From NCBI GenBank assembly GCA_030538435.1, contig JAUNUA010000001.1:1-42436 (forward strand): 42,436 nucleotides of DNA. Reading direction: 5' to 3'. Made by a program: the position numbers and the translations under genes. This document shows positions 8,565 through 17,530 of this stretch, piece after piece (the first letter of the stretch is position 1; every line of letters starts with the position of its first letter). The notes beneath the pieces were generated by a model, which saw only the letters and a list, made by a program, of their open reading frames with translations, did no database searches and had not been told where the DNA came from. The DNA is from Brachybacterium sp. (lineage in GTDB: Bacteria; Actinomycetota; Actinomycetes; Actinomycetales; Dermabacteraceae).

Positions 8565-9521
8565 TCAACTCGACGCGAGAGGGGTGGCGTCAGCGTCGGC
8601 CCTGCCGAACGAGGTGGCGCAAGCGTCGACGAAGGCCTGAGCAGCGGGCCCTAGTCGGCGCCCGGCGCGGGTGAGGATGGTGGCGCGGACAGCGCCGAGG
8701 TGCGCCTCATCGAGCGGCACTAAGGTGACGCGGTCCGACAGGTGCGAAGGGATAGAGATCGGGGGGAGCAGGGCTAAACAATGACCGGTCGCAACCGAGC
8801 GGACGATGAGGGGCTGAGAGTCGCTCTCGAGTATCAGGTGAGCTTCCAGACGGTGGGCGCGCAAGAACTCGTCTTGCAATGAGCGCAGGCCAAAGCCGTG
8901 CGGAAGAGTTCCCAGGCGCAGCTCTCCGAGGGTGCGTAGCGCCGAGGGTGCAAGGGGACTGTGCCGGGTGAGGTCGTGTCCTCTCGGGCAGACGAGACCG
9001 ACCGGTTGGGGGAGGGAGGCAACGACCCGTAAGCGGCTGTCGGGCTCGGGGTGGAGGACGACGGCCAGGTCGACCTCGTCGTGGCGCAGTAGGTCGGTCA
9101 TGGCGCGGGTGCCGCCGGAGTGGAGGCGGATGGCAACGCCGGGGTGGCTGGCGATGAAGTCGGTGAGGACACCGGTGGAGAGTTCATCGATAAAGCCCTT
9201 GCCGACGGCGACGCGGATCTCCCCGGCCTGGGCGTGGGCTAAACGGGAGAGGTCGCGCTGTAACTGTTGGGCGAGGTCCTCGCGCTCGTACGCGTGGCGA
9301 ACGACGGTCTCCCCAGCCTCGGTTGGGCGTACACCCTGGGGCGTGCGGTCGAACAGCACGCAGCCTAAGCGTGACTCCACTCCGCGCAGCGCGCGCAGCA
9401 CGGCCGAGGGGCTGACACCAAGCTCGCGGGCCGCTGCCCTAAAGGAGCCGGAGCGGGCGATGGCGGTGACGTAGGCGAGGTCGCGGTCGGTGAAGGCGGT
9501 GGAGTGGCGGTGGCTGGTCAC
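8565..9521 (-). CDS. LysR family transcriptional regulator
   Basis: N-terminal HTH GSFRAAARELGVSPSAV...LFDRTPQGVRPTEAG followed by a substrate-binding domain. Confidence 0.92.
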   Translation of the reverse strand: MTSHRHSTAFTDRDLAYVTAIARSGSFRAAARELGVSPSAVLRALRGVESRLGCVLFDRTPQGVRPTEAGETVVRHAYEREDLAQQLQRDLSRLAHAQAGEIRVAVGKGFIDELSTGVLTDFIASHPGVAIRLHSGGTRAMTDLLRHDEVDLAVVLHPEPDSRLRVVASLPQPVGLVCPRGHDLTRHSPLAPSALRTLGELRLGTLPHGFGLRSLQDEFLRAHRLEAHLILESDSQPLIVRSVATGHCLALLPPISIPSHLSDRVTLVPLDEAHLGAVRATILTRAGRRLGPAAQAFVDACATSFGRADADATPLASS

Positions 9522-9743
9522 GGGTCAACTGTGGCGCATGTAGGGGAGAGGGGGAGGGGTGGTTTCGCTGGTCGGAGCCGTCCGTGCCCCAGCCTCATTC
9601 TGCAACCTCGCTGCTCGGATCCACCCCGCTCGTCGGCATCTTTCCCGATTCCGGATAGTGAGAGCCATGGACGGTGGAGCTCGCGATGGTGGCTGGACGC
9701 GCCGTAGGCTGGATCTGACACCCGACACCCCAGGAGGCTTTCC

Positions 9744-10577
9744 ATGGCTACCGTTCCGACCATCCCCTTCAACGATGGAAACTCTGTCCCCCAGCTCGGC
9801 TACGGGGTGTGGCAGGTGGAGGACGACGTCGCCGCTGACGTCGTCGTGCAAGCCATCAAGGCCGGTTACCGGCACATCGACACCGCCGCCGGCTACCAGA
9901 ACGAGGGCGGCGTCGGCCGCGCGGTGAAGGCCGCCGGTGTGCCCCGCGAAGACCTGTTCATCACCACCAAGCTCGCCAACGGCGACCAGGGTTTTGACTC
10001 CGCGAAGCAGGCGCTGGAGACCTCGCTCGAGAAGCTCGACATGGACTACGTGGATCTGTACCTGATCCACTGGGCGAGCCCCCAGCGCGGAAAGTACCTG
10101 GAGTCCTGGAAGGCCCTCATCGAGCTGCAGAAGGAGGGCAAGGCGAAGTCCATCGGCGTCTCCAACTTCCCGATCGAGCAGCTCGAGGAGATCATCTCCG
10201 AGACCGGTGTGGTGCCGGTGATGCACCAGAGCGAGCTGCACCCTGAGTTTCAGCAGGGTGAGCTACGCGCTTACCACGCGAAGCACGACATCGTCACCGA
10301 GGCGTGGAGCCCGCTGGGCCAGGGAGGCGACATCCTGAACAACGAGGTCGTCGCCGAGATCGCGACGGCGCACGACGTCGACCCGGGACAGGCGATCATC
10401 GCCTGGCACCTCGCGGTCGGCAACGTCGTGATCCCGAAGACCGTCACTCCGGAGCGGATCGTCTCCAACTTCGCGTCCGCCGAGGTCGAGCTGACGCCCG
10501 AGGAGATCGAGAAGATCAACGGCCTCGACTCTGCCGACGGCCGCATCGGCGCCGATCCCGCCAACCCCGGGTTCTGA
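9744..10577 (+). CDS. aldo/keto reductase (2,5-diketo-D-gluconate reductase A-like)
   Basis: GYGVWQ, GYRHIDTAAGY, FITTKL, DLYLIHW, IGVSNF, AWSPLG and IPKT motifs. RBS AGGAGG. Confidence 0.93.
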   Translation: MATVPTIPFNDGNSVPQLGYGVWQVEDDVAADVVVQAIKAGYRHIDTAAGYQNEGGVGRAVKAAGVPREDLFITTKLANGDQGFDSAKQALETSLEKLDMDYVDLYLIHWASPQRGKYLESWKALIELQKEGKAKSIGVSNFPIEQLEEIISETGVVPVMHQSELHPEFQQGELRAYHAKHDIVTEAWSPLGQGGDILNNEVVAEIATAHDVDPGQAIIAWHLAVGNVVIPKTVTPERIVSNFASAEVELTPEEIEKINGLDSADGRIGADPANPGF

Positions 10578-10601
10578 CGTCACCCGCCGGTATGCGCGGA
10601 C

Positions 10602-10646
10602 GTGGCAGCTACTCGAACGATTCTCAAGGGTTCGAGTAGCTGCCAC
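10602..10646. terminator. perfect 17-bp inverted repeat between convergent genes
   Basis: GTGGCAGCTACTCGAAC-(11 nt)-GTTCGAGTAGCTGCCAC. Confidence 0.65.
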
Positions 10647-10676
10647 ACCGCAGGCAACCGAGCATTCCCCGAGGCA

Positions 10677-11939
10677 TCACAGAGAGTCCGGGTGCTCCCA
10701 CAACGCCGATACGGGCAGGGCCCAGATTTGACCGGTCACGGGTCGGGCCCGCTCGACCAGACCGAGGACAGCACCGCCGAGAAACCGGTCTCCCAAGCGA
10801 TCGGCGAGGTCGCGGATCCCGCGAGTGTGGTCGGCCCGGATGGTCGTAGACGCTTTGACCTCGATGAGAAACACGTGACCGTCATCGAACTCGAGGACCA
10901 CATCGACCTCCAGGCCATCCCGGTCCCGGAAGTGGTAGATCTCGAAGTTCTCCTTCGACCATCCCCGCTGGGCCATGAGCTGGCCGACCACGAACGCCTC
11001 AAGTTGCATGCCGAGTATGGGCGCGTCGCGGAGAGCTGTGAGTTGCTTGGCGCTTACCCGGGACATGCGAGCCGCAAGGCCAGGGTCCGCCACAGACACT
11101 TTGTGCCGACCCACCTCTCGCTTTGTCAGATTCGCCCGCCATGGACGAAGGTCGTGCGTGAGGTACATGGTCGATAGGGCCGCCAGATACCCGGCAACTG
11201 AAGAACGTGCCATCGAGAGGTTGTCCGCGAGCCGGGCTTGGACGAGCTCTCCGCCCTGATTCGCGGCGATAAGCCGCAGCACTGCATCCAACCGGTCGCT
11301 CGAGAGGCCACGCGATACTTCGCTGATGTCTCGGGTGAGGACGCGGTCGATATAGCTGTCGAACCACGTAGCTCGATGTCGTCGCGGCAGGCGATGGACC
11401 TCCGGGTAACCCCCGGTCGTCATCGCCTCTGCGTAGCGCTCACGGCTCCACCCGGACGTGACGTCGGATGCTGACTGCAGACCGTTCCGAATCCAGTGCG
11501 CGAAGTCCTCCACTGTGCCTACGAGTTCACCTTGGCTGAGCCCGTGCAGATCCACCGTGACTGCTCGCCCAGCGAGGGAGTCGGGAGAGCGGGTCAACCG
11601 CAGCAAGTCCGAGGATCCTGTCAGGAGGAACCGGCCCGACTTCCGATCCGCATCGATCAATGACTTGATCGCCAGCAACACCGATGGCTCTCGCTGGACC
11701 TCGTCAATCACGAGCAGACCGTCGCCTGCTTGACGCACGAAAGCCCGCGGGTCCAGGAGAGCGGACTCCCGGACGTCATCGTCATCGAACGTCACCGACA
11801 CGTGGTCGGTCCCGACTGCCAGCATCGATGCCAGGGTGCTCTTACCCACCTGGCGGGCGCCCTGGATAACCACCGCCGGAAAATGATCCATGAGGTCCTG
11901 CGCCTGGCGCAGCAGATGCCGTCTGATCAGCGCACTCAT
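10677..11939 (-). CDS. AAA_14 ATPase with central wHTH and C-terminal DUF4143 PD-(D/E)XK-like domain
   Basis: Walker A GARQVGKST, Walker B LLVIDEVQR, LTGSS, SLAGR, GGYPE, and C-terminal HFRDRDGLEVDVVLE...IEVKAS. Confidence 0.9.
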   Translation of the reverse strand: MSALIRRHLLRQAQDLMDHFPAVVIQGARQVGKSTLASMLAVGTDHVSVTFDDDDVRESALLDPRAFVRQAGDGLLVIDEVQREPSVLLAIKSLIDADRKSGRFLLTGSSDLLRLTRSPDSLAGRAVTVDLHGLSQGELVGTVEDFAHWIRNGLQSASDVTSGWSRERYAEAMTTGGYPEVHRLPRRHRATWFDSYIDRVLTRDISEVSRGLSSDRLDAVLRLIAANQGGELVQARLADNLSMARSSVAGYLAALSTMYLTHDLRPWRANLTKREVGRHKVSVADPGLAARMSRVSAKQLTALRDAPILGMQLEAFVVGQLMAQRGWSKENFEIYHFRDRDGLEVDVVLEFDDGHVFLIEVKASTTIRADHTRGIRDLADRLGDRFLGGAVLGLVERARPVTGQIWALPVSALWEHPDSL

Positions 11940-11945
11940 ACCGGA

Positions 11946-11951
11946 ATCCTA
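11946..11951 (-). promoter_or_regulatory. -10 element (TAGGAT) of the leaderless ATPase gene
   Basis: Minus strand reads TAGGAT-tccggt-ATG; no RBS. Confidence 0.55.
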
Positions 11952-11957
11952 CCCCAG

Positions 11958-12045
11958 CTCGAACGTTAGCGAAGCCTCGCCCGAACAAACGCGACGGCTC
12001 GGGCGAACATTTGCGAGAGGTCACTCGAACGCTCGCGGTGTGCGC
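11958..12045. repeat. four degenerate direct repeats with exact 22-bp period (CGAAC-N4-GCG)
   Basis: CGAAC starts at 11960, 11982, 12004 and 12026, each followed after 4 nt by GCGA, GCGA, GCGA, GCGG. Confidence 0.85.
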
Positions 12046-12055
12046 CACAGGCCGC

Positions 12056-13474
12056 TCAACGCTCGCGCAGCAGCTCCGCGATCTGCGGATGCCCCGCCTC
12101 GTATCCCTCCAGCAGTGCGAGCCCGAGCTCGGGGGAGCTGACCAGCGGGTGCTTCGCGAACCCCTGCCACGCCGCCTCCCGTGAACCGGTGACGGCAGCC
12201 TGCAGGATCTTCCGCTCCGCCGCGCGCAGGGACGCCATCATCCCCAGCCGCCCCAGCTCCACCGTGCCGATGGGCAGGGGATGCACCCCGGTGCCATCCA
12301 CCTCGCACATCACTTCGACCACGGTCTCGGCCGGCAACTGCGGGACGATCCGCTCCGATGCCGGAGCGTCCTCGCGCCCCGCAGCGATGTTCCCGACGTC
12401 CAAGATCATCCGCTCGCGGCGTCCCGTCGCGATCGCCGTCATCAGCCGCAGCGCCACCTCCTGATAGCCGCCGCCGGCGACGTCCTCCTCCCGGCGGTCC
12501 TCGTCCCGGGACTCCGCCATGTACGTTGCCTCCCGCTGATGCAGAGTCTGGCGCCACAGCTCGAGCGGCGAGTCGCAGCACTTCCCGTCCACGTCCCCGC
12601 CGACCCCGGCCGCGTAGAAGTCCCCCTGCTGCTTCGCCAAGAACTCCCCACGGGTGGTCGCCGCCGCCGTGATCCGATCGATCGCCGCGGTGGTGTGCAG
12701 GTAGTAGTACAGGTACTCGTTCGGCAGTGCCCCGTCGGCCCGCACCCACTCCGGGCCGATCAGCCGCGCTTCCTCGATCTCGTGCAGTGCTGCGTCATCG
12801 GCCATCAGACCCGGCAGCCGGTCCTGGCCATCCACGACCACAGAGCGCAGCCAGCCCAGATGATTCAGCCCCACGTAGTCCACCCTGGCATCCCGTTCCC
12901 CGGCCACGAGGTCCACGCCCAGCAGGCGCCCCACCCGGCGCACCAAGCCGATCGGGGTGTCGCAGATCCCCACCACCCGGTCCCCGAGCACCTGGCGCAT
13001 CGCCTCGGTGACGATCCCGGCGGGATTGGTGAAGTTGATGACCCACGCCTGCGGAGCGGCCTCCGCCACTGCGCGGGCAGCGTCGAGCGCCACCGGGATG
13101 GTGCGGAGCGCATACGCGAGACCCCCGGGGCCGATCGTCTCCTGGCCGAGCAGACCGAGATTCAAGGCCACCCGTTCGTCGATGGTACGGGCCTCGGCGC
13201 CGCCGACCCGCACCGCGCTGAACACGAAGTCAGCGCCCGTTACCGCCTCATGCAGGTCGGTCGTCGCCTGCAGGTGCGGCAACTGCGCCGCGCGGTCCGA
13301 CGCGCCCAGCTGCGTACCGATGTCCTCGCACACCGCAGCGATGGTGCGCAGCCGGTCCGCGTCGACGTCGTACAGGGCCACCTCGTCGACAACCAGACCC
13401 GTCGCCCCGGTTGCCACCGCCTCGTACACCAGGGGCACCCGGAAGCCGCCCCCGCCCAGGATCGTCAGCTTCAT
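12056..13474 (-). CDS. family 4 glycoside hydrolase (6-phospho-beta-glucosidase-like)
   Basis: ILGGGGFR NAD-binding start, GQETIGPGG...LRTIP, NFTNPAG, GICD, GLNHLGW, LPNEYLYYY, GGY. Confidence 0.92.
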   Translation of the reverse strand: MKLTILGGGGFRVPLVYEAVATGATGLVVDEVALYDVDADRLRTIAAVCEDIGTQLGASDRAAQLPHLQATTDLHEAVTGADFVFSAVRVGGAEARTIDERVALNLGLLGQETIGPGGLAYALRTIPVALDAARAVAEAAPQAWVINFTNPAGIVTEAMRQVLGDRVVGICDTPIGLVRRVGRLLGVDLVAGERDARVDYVGLNHLGWLRSVVVDGQDRLPGLMADDAALHEIEEARLIGPEWVRADGALPNEYLYYYLHTTAAIDRITAAATTRGEFLAKQQGDFYAAGVGGDVDGKCCDSPLELWRQTLHQREATYMAESRDEDRREEDVAGGGYQEVALRLMTAIATGRRERMILDVGNIAAGREDAPASERIVPQLPAETVVEVMCEVDGTGVHPLPIGTVELGRLGMMASLRAAERKILQAAVTGSREAAWQGFAKHPLVSSPELGLALLEGYEAGHPQIAELLRER

Positions 13475-14241
13475 GGCAGTAGGACCTCCAGATCCTCGTC
13501 ATCGGGCAGGCTGAGTCGACCCGCAGGCAGCGGCCGATCGGTGACCAGCCCCGAAAAGCGCGTGATCGGGGCGACCTCCAAGAACCCCGATCCGGGGAAC
13601 TTCTCCTCGTCGGCCAGCAGGAACGCCTCGCTGGAGATCTCCAACAAGCCGCGCTTCACCGACACCTCGCTCGGGGTCGAATCCAGCACGGTGCCATCGG
13701 TCCGCACGCCGGAAGTCCCCAGAAACGCCGCATCCACCCGCACCTGCCGCAGCGCCGACTCCGTGAGCGTCCCCACCAGGGAGTGGTAGTTCGGGCGCAG
13801 CAGTCCGCCGAGCACCACGATGTCGATCGCCGGGGCGTCCGCGAGCGCCCGCACCACGGCGAGAGAGGCGGTGACCACGGTCAGCGAGCGGTCCATCAGC
13901 AGCGGGCACATCGCCGCGACCGTGGTGCCGATGTCCAGCGCGATCACATCGCCGTCCTCGACCAGACCCGCGGCACGCCCGGCGATGCGCCGCTTGGAGT
14001 CCGAGGCACTCGCTGCGACGTGCGCGAACGGTCGCGGGTCGGCCTCCGGGCGAACGCTCCCGCGCACCGAGCAGGCGCCGCCGCGCACCCGGCGCACCAT
14101 GCCCGTCTCCGCCAACTGGTCCAGGTCCCGGCGGATCGTCGCCTCGGAGACGCCGAGCGCCGAGCTCAGCTCGCCCACCGCCGCAGCACCCTGGCGGCGC
14201 ACGGTGGCCACGATGCTCGCGTGACGCTTCTCGACCAGCAT
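13471..14241 (-). CDS. DeoR/GlpR family transcriptional regulator
   Basis: LGVSEATIRRDL HTH, RRVRGGA, LDIGTT. Leaderless start with TACGGT 6 nt before the ATG. Confidence 0.92.
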   Translation of the reverse strand: MLVEKRHASIVATVRRQGAAAVGELSSALGVSEATIRRDLDQLAETGMVRRVRGGACSVRGSVRPEADPRPFAHVAASASDSKRRIAGRAAGLVEDGDVIALDIGTTVAAMCPLLMDRSLTVVTASLAVVRALADAPAIDIVVLGGLLRPNYHSLVGTLTESALRQVRVDAAFLGTSGVRTDGTVLDSTPSEVSVKRGLLEISSEAFLLADEEKFPGSGFLEVAPITRFSGLVTDRPLPAGRLSLPDDEDLEVLLP

Positions 14242-14260
14242 GACCGCACCGTAGCACCGA

Positions 14261-14290
14261 CCGAACAGTTTCGAGCATATTCGAGCAGGG
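14261..14290. promoter_or_regulatory. three phased 10-bp direct repeats in the divergent deoR/ABC promoter
   Basis: CCGAACAGTT / TCGAGCATAT / TCGAGCAGGG (core CGARCA). Confidence 0.45.
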
Positions 14291-14376
14291 AACTGCAATT
14301 CCGGTCAGATCGTGCAACGATGGAGGCCTCACGCCGCAGCAGCGGAGCCGCGGCCGCATGTCTCAGGAGGCACCCC

Positions 14377-15741
14377 ATGCGACGACGCACCTTCCTCGGA
14401 TCCAGCGCCGCCCTCGGCGGCATCGGCCTGCTCGCCGCCTGCGCTCCGGGCAGCGACGGCGGCGGCAACGGCGGCAACGGTGAGGAGCGCGCCGCCGACG
14501 ACGTCGAGACCGACGTCGCCTCGATGGGCGAGATCACCCTGCGCATGTGGGACCAGGAGGTCCGCGGCGCCCAGAACGATGCGATCGAAGCGCTCATCGA
14601 GAGCTTCCAGAGCGAGTACCCCAACATCACCATCGACCGTGTCAAGCAGTCCTTCGACGACCTCCAGCAGCAGACCGGCCTCGCACTGTCCGGCACGGAC
14701 GTCCCCGACGTCCTGCAGGTCAACAATGCCCGCGGTGACATGGGCAGCTTCGTCGAAGCCGGTCAGCTCACCGACCTCACCCCCTACGCCGAGGCCTACG
14801 GCTGGACGGACCGGTTCCCCGAGTCCGTGCTGTCCAAGATGAGCTACTCACCGGACGGCGTCACCTTCGGTGAGGGCACCCTGTGGGGCCTGCCCCAGAC
14901 CGGGGAGATCTGCGGCATCTACTACTCCGCCTCGAAGTTCGAGGAACTCGGCGTCGAACCCCCCACCACCTGGGAGGAGCTGTTCGACCTGGTCGAGCAG
15001 ATCCAACAGGACGACGAACAGCCCATCGTGCTGGGCAATCTCGAGCAGTGGCCCGCCCTGCACGTCTTCGGGCCGCTCCAGGCGCACTTCGTGCCCTCCG
15101 AGGAGATCGTCACCCTCGGCATGGGCAACGAGGGCGCCGAGTGGACCGACGACGCCAACCACGAGGCCCTCACCAAGCTCGCCGAATGGGGGGAGAGCGG
15201 GGCCCTCGGCTCCTCACCCAACGGCCTCGCCTACGACACCGCCTGGGCGGAGTTCACCGAGGGCAGCGGCGTGATGCTGATCGGGGGATCCTGGCTCGGC
15301 CCCGACATGGAAGCCGTGATGGGCGAGGATCTGCGGTTCATGGCCCCGCCGCCCGGGGTAGACGGTCTGGTCGGAACCACCGGAGGCACCGGGATCCCCT
15401 TCTCCATCCCGGCAGAGGCCGCCAATCCCGACGCCGCCGCCGCGTTCATCGACTACATCACCAGCGACGAGGCGATGGAGCTGATCGCGGAGAACGGCGG
15501 GATGCCCGTGCTCCACACCGCGGAACTCGCCCCCGACTCCGGGGTCAACAAGGACATCTACGAAGCCTTCGACGCCGTCTCCACCGACGGGGTGCTCCTG
15601 CCCTACCTCGACTACGCCACCCCCTCCTTCGCCGACACCGCCGGCGCCACCCTGCAGGAGGTCATCGGCGGGCAGACCGACCCGGACGCTGCCGCTGAGG
15701 CCCTGCAGGCCGACTACGGCGAGTTCGCCGGCGAGGGCTGA
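14377..15741 (+). CDS. sugar ABC transporter substrate-binding lipoprotein
   Basis: Tat-type RRRTFL, lipobox LAAC, PDV motif. RBS AGGAGG. Confidence 0.92.
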   Translation: MRRRTFLGSSAALGGIGLLAACAPGSDGGGNGGNGEERAADDVETDVASMGEITLRMWDQEVRGAQNDAIEALIESFQSEYPNITIDRVKQSFDDLQQQTGLALSGTDVPDVLQVNNARGDMGSFVEAGQLTDLTPYAEAYGWTDRFPESVLSKMSYSPDGVTFGEGTLWGLPQTGEICGIYYSASKFEELGVEPPTTWEELFDLVEQIQQDDEQPIVLGNLEQWPALHVFGPLQAHFVPSEEIVTLGMGNEGAEWTDDANHEALTKLAEWGESGALGSSPNGLAYDTAWAEFTEGSGVMLIGGSWLGPDMEAVMGEDLRFMAPPPGVDGLVGTTGGTGIPFSIPAEAANPDAAAAFIDYITSDEAMELIAENGGMPVLHTAELAPDSGVNKDIYEAFDAVSTDGVLLPYLDYATPSFADTAGATLQEVIGGQTDPDAAAEALQADYGEFAGEG

Positions 15742-15746
15742 GCGCT

Positions 15747-16727
15747 GTGACCGCGCTCGCCGGCGCCCGGGCCGGCCAGGAGGGGGCCGACGGGCCGGGC
15801 GGCCCGACGGGCTCCGGCAGGAGGGGACGCACCCGGCGCGGCTCCCTCGGGGCCCCGTCGGCCGTGGTGCGCTCACGCCTCACCCCGTACCTGTTCATCC
15901 TGCCCGCCTTCCTCGTCTACGGGGCGTTCTCCCTCTACCCGCTGCTGCGGGCTGCCCAGTTCTCCCTGTACGAGTGGTCCGGGTTCGGCCCCTCCACCTT
16001 CGTGGGGCTGAGCAACTACATCGACCTCGCGGGAGACACCGCCTTCCAGGCCGCCATCACCAACGCCCTGGTCCTGATCCTCTTCTACGCGGTGATGCCG
16101 CTGATCGTGGGGCTCGTGCTCGCCGCAATCCTGCGCCGCGGGCAGGTGCGCGGCATGGGCTTCTTCCGCACCGTCATCTTCCTGCCACAAGTGATCGCCC
16201 TGGTCGTGGTGGCGGTGGCCTGGCGCCACATCTACGCGCCGAGCGGTCCGCTGAATGAGCTGCTGCGCTCGCTCGGCCTGGACTCCTTCGCCCGCGGCTG
16301 GCTCGGTGACCCCGGTGCGGCGCTGCCCGCCGTGGGCTTCATCGGCACCTGGCTGCAGATGGGACTGGTGATGCTGTTGCTGCTGGCCGGCATGAGTCGA
16401 ATCCCCAACGAGCTCTACGAGGCGGTCCGCCTGGACGGAGCCGGCCCCGTCCAGGAGTTCTTCGCCATCACGCTTCCGTCGGTGCGCGGGGAGATCGTGG
16501 TCAGCCTGGTGCTGACCATCATCGCCGCGTTGAAGACGTTCGATCTGATCTACATGACCACCTCCGGCGGTCCTGGCAACGCCACCACCGTGCCCAGTTA
16601 CGAGGTCTACCATCGGGCCTTCGAGCTGCGCGAGGTGGGCTCCGCGAGCGCCGTGGCCATCGTGCTGACTGCGCTGGTGTTCGCCATCAACTTCGGCGTC
16701 ACGCGCATCGGGGAGCGGTCCTCATGA
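15747..16727 (+). CDS. carbohydrate ABC transporter permease (MalF-like)
   Basis: FVGLSNY, RTVIFLP, EAA loop IPNELYEAVRLDGA, FDLIYMTTSGGP. Confidence 0.92.
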   Translation: MTALAGARAGQEGADGPGGPTGSGRRGRTRRGSLGAPSAVVRSRLTPYLFILPAFLVYGAFSLYPLLRAAQFSLYEWSGFGPSTFVGLSNYIDLAGDTAFQAAITNALVLILFYAVMPLIVGLVLAAILRRGQVRGMGFFRTVIFLPQVIALVVVAVAWRHIYAPSGPLNELLRSLGLDSFARGWLGDPGAALPAVGFIGTWLQMGLVMLLLLAGMSRIPNELYEAVRLDGAGPVQEFFAITLPSVRGEIVVSLVLTIIAALKTFDLIYMTTSGGPGNATTVPSYEVYHRAFELREVGSASAVAIVLTALVFAINFGVTRIGERSS

Positions 16728-17530
16728 TGGTCTCCCCCGCCGAGCGGGTCATGAACTATGTGGTCCTGGCCCTGTTCGCCCTGTTCGCCCTCACCCCGAT
16801 CATCACCATCCTCAGCACCGCCCTGTCACCCCGGGTCGGCGGAGAAGCCGGGTTGCACCTCGGGAACTTCGTGGAGGCCTGGCAGGTGGGCGGCTTCGGC
16901 CAGTCCCTCGGCAACTCCCTCATCGTCGCCGTGATGGTCGTCAGCAGTGCCCTGGTGCTGTCGATCTTCTCCGGCTACGCCTTCGGCACCATGCGCTTCC
17001 GCGGCTCCACCGTGCTGTTCTACCTGTTCCTGCTGGGGCTGATGATTCCCGCCGAGGCCACCGTCATCCCCCTGTTCTTCGACCTGCGCACCCTGGGCCT
17101 CACAGATACTTACCTCGCGATCGCCCTGCCGCAGATCGCCCAGTCCGTCGCCTTCGGCACGTTCTGGCTGCGCGCCCAGTTCCGCGCCATGCCCACCACG
17201 CTCATGGAGGCCGCCGCCATCGACGGCGCCGGTCCCCTGAAAGCCCTCACCCGGGTGCTGGTGCCCGCCTCGATCCCGGCACTGACCACCCTGACGGTGC
17301 TGATCTTCATGTGGACCTGGAACGAGTTCCTCATCGCGCTGGTGATGACCCCCAGCGGTCAGCGCCGCACCGCACCGCTGGGACTCGCGAACTTCCAGGG
17401 CCAGTACACCGCCGAGATCTCCCTGCTCGCCGCCGGTGCCGTGATTGTCGCCCTGCCCATGGTGATCATGTTCCTGTTCCTGCAACGACACTTCATCCGC
17501 GGCATGCTGGAAGGAGCCTCGAAGTCATGA
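16724..17530 (+). CDS. carbohydrate ABC transporter permease (MalG-like)
   Basis: NSLIV, LMEAAAIDGA, WNEF, QRHFIRG. Confidence 0.92.
   Translation: MMVSPAERVMNYVVLALFALFALTPIITILSTALSPRVGGEAGLHLGNFVEAWQVGGFGQSLGNSLIVAVMVVSSALVLSIFSGYAFGTMRFRGSTVLFYLFLLGLMIPAEATVIPLFFDLRTLGLTDTYLAIALPQIAQSVAFGTFWLRAQFRAMPTTLMEAAAIDGAGPLKALTRVLVPASIPALTTLTVLIFMWTWNEFLIALVMTPSGQRRTAPLGLANFQGQYTAEISLLAAGAVIVALPMVIMFLFLQRHFIRGMLEGASKS

Noticed and set aside
11958-12045. 22-bp array as a CRISPR array or as LexA SOS boxes
   Set aside because: There are no constant repeats with 25-40 nt unique spacers and no cas genes. The actinobacterial SOS box needs CGAAC-N4-GTTCG, and the right half here is GCGA in direct-repeat phase.
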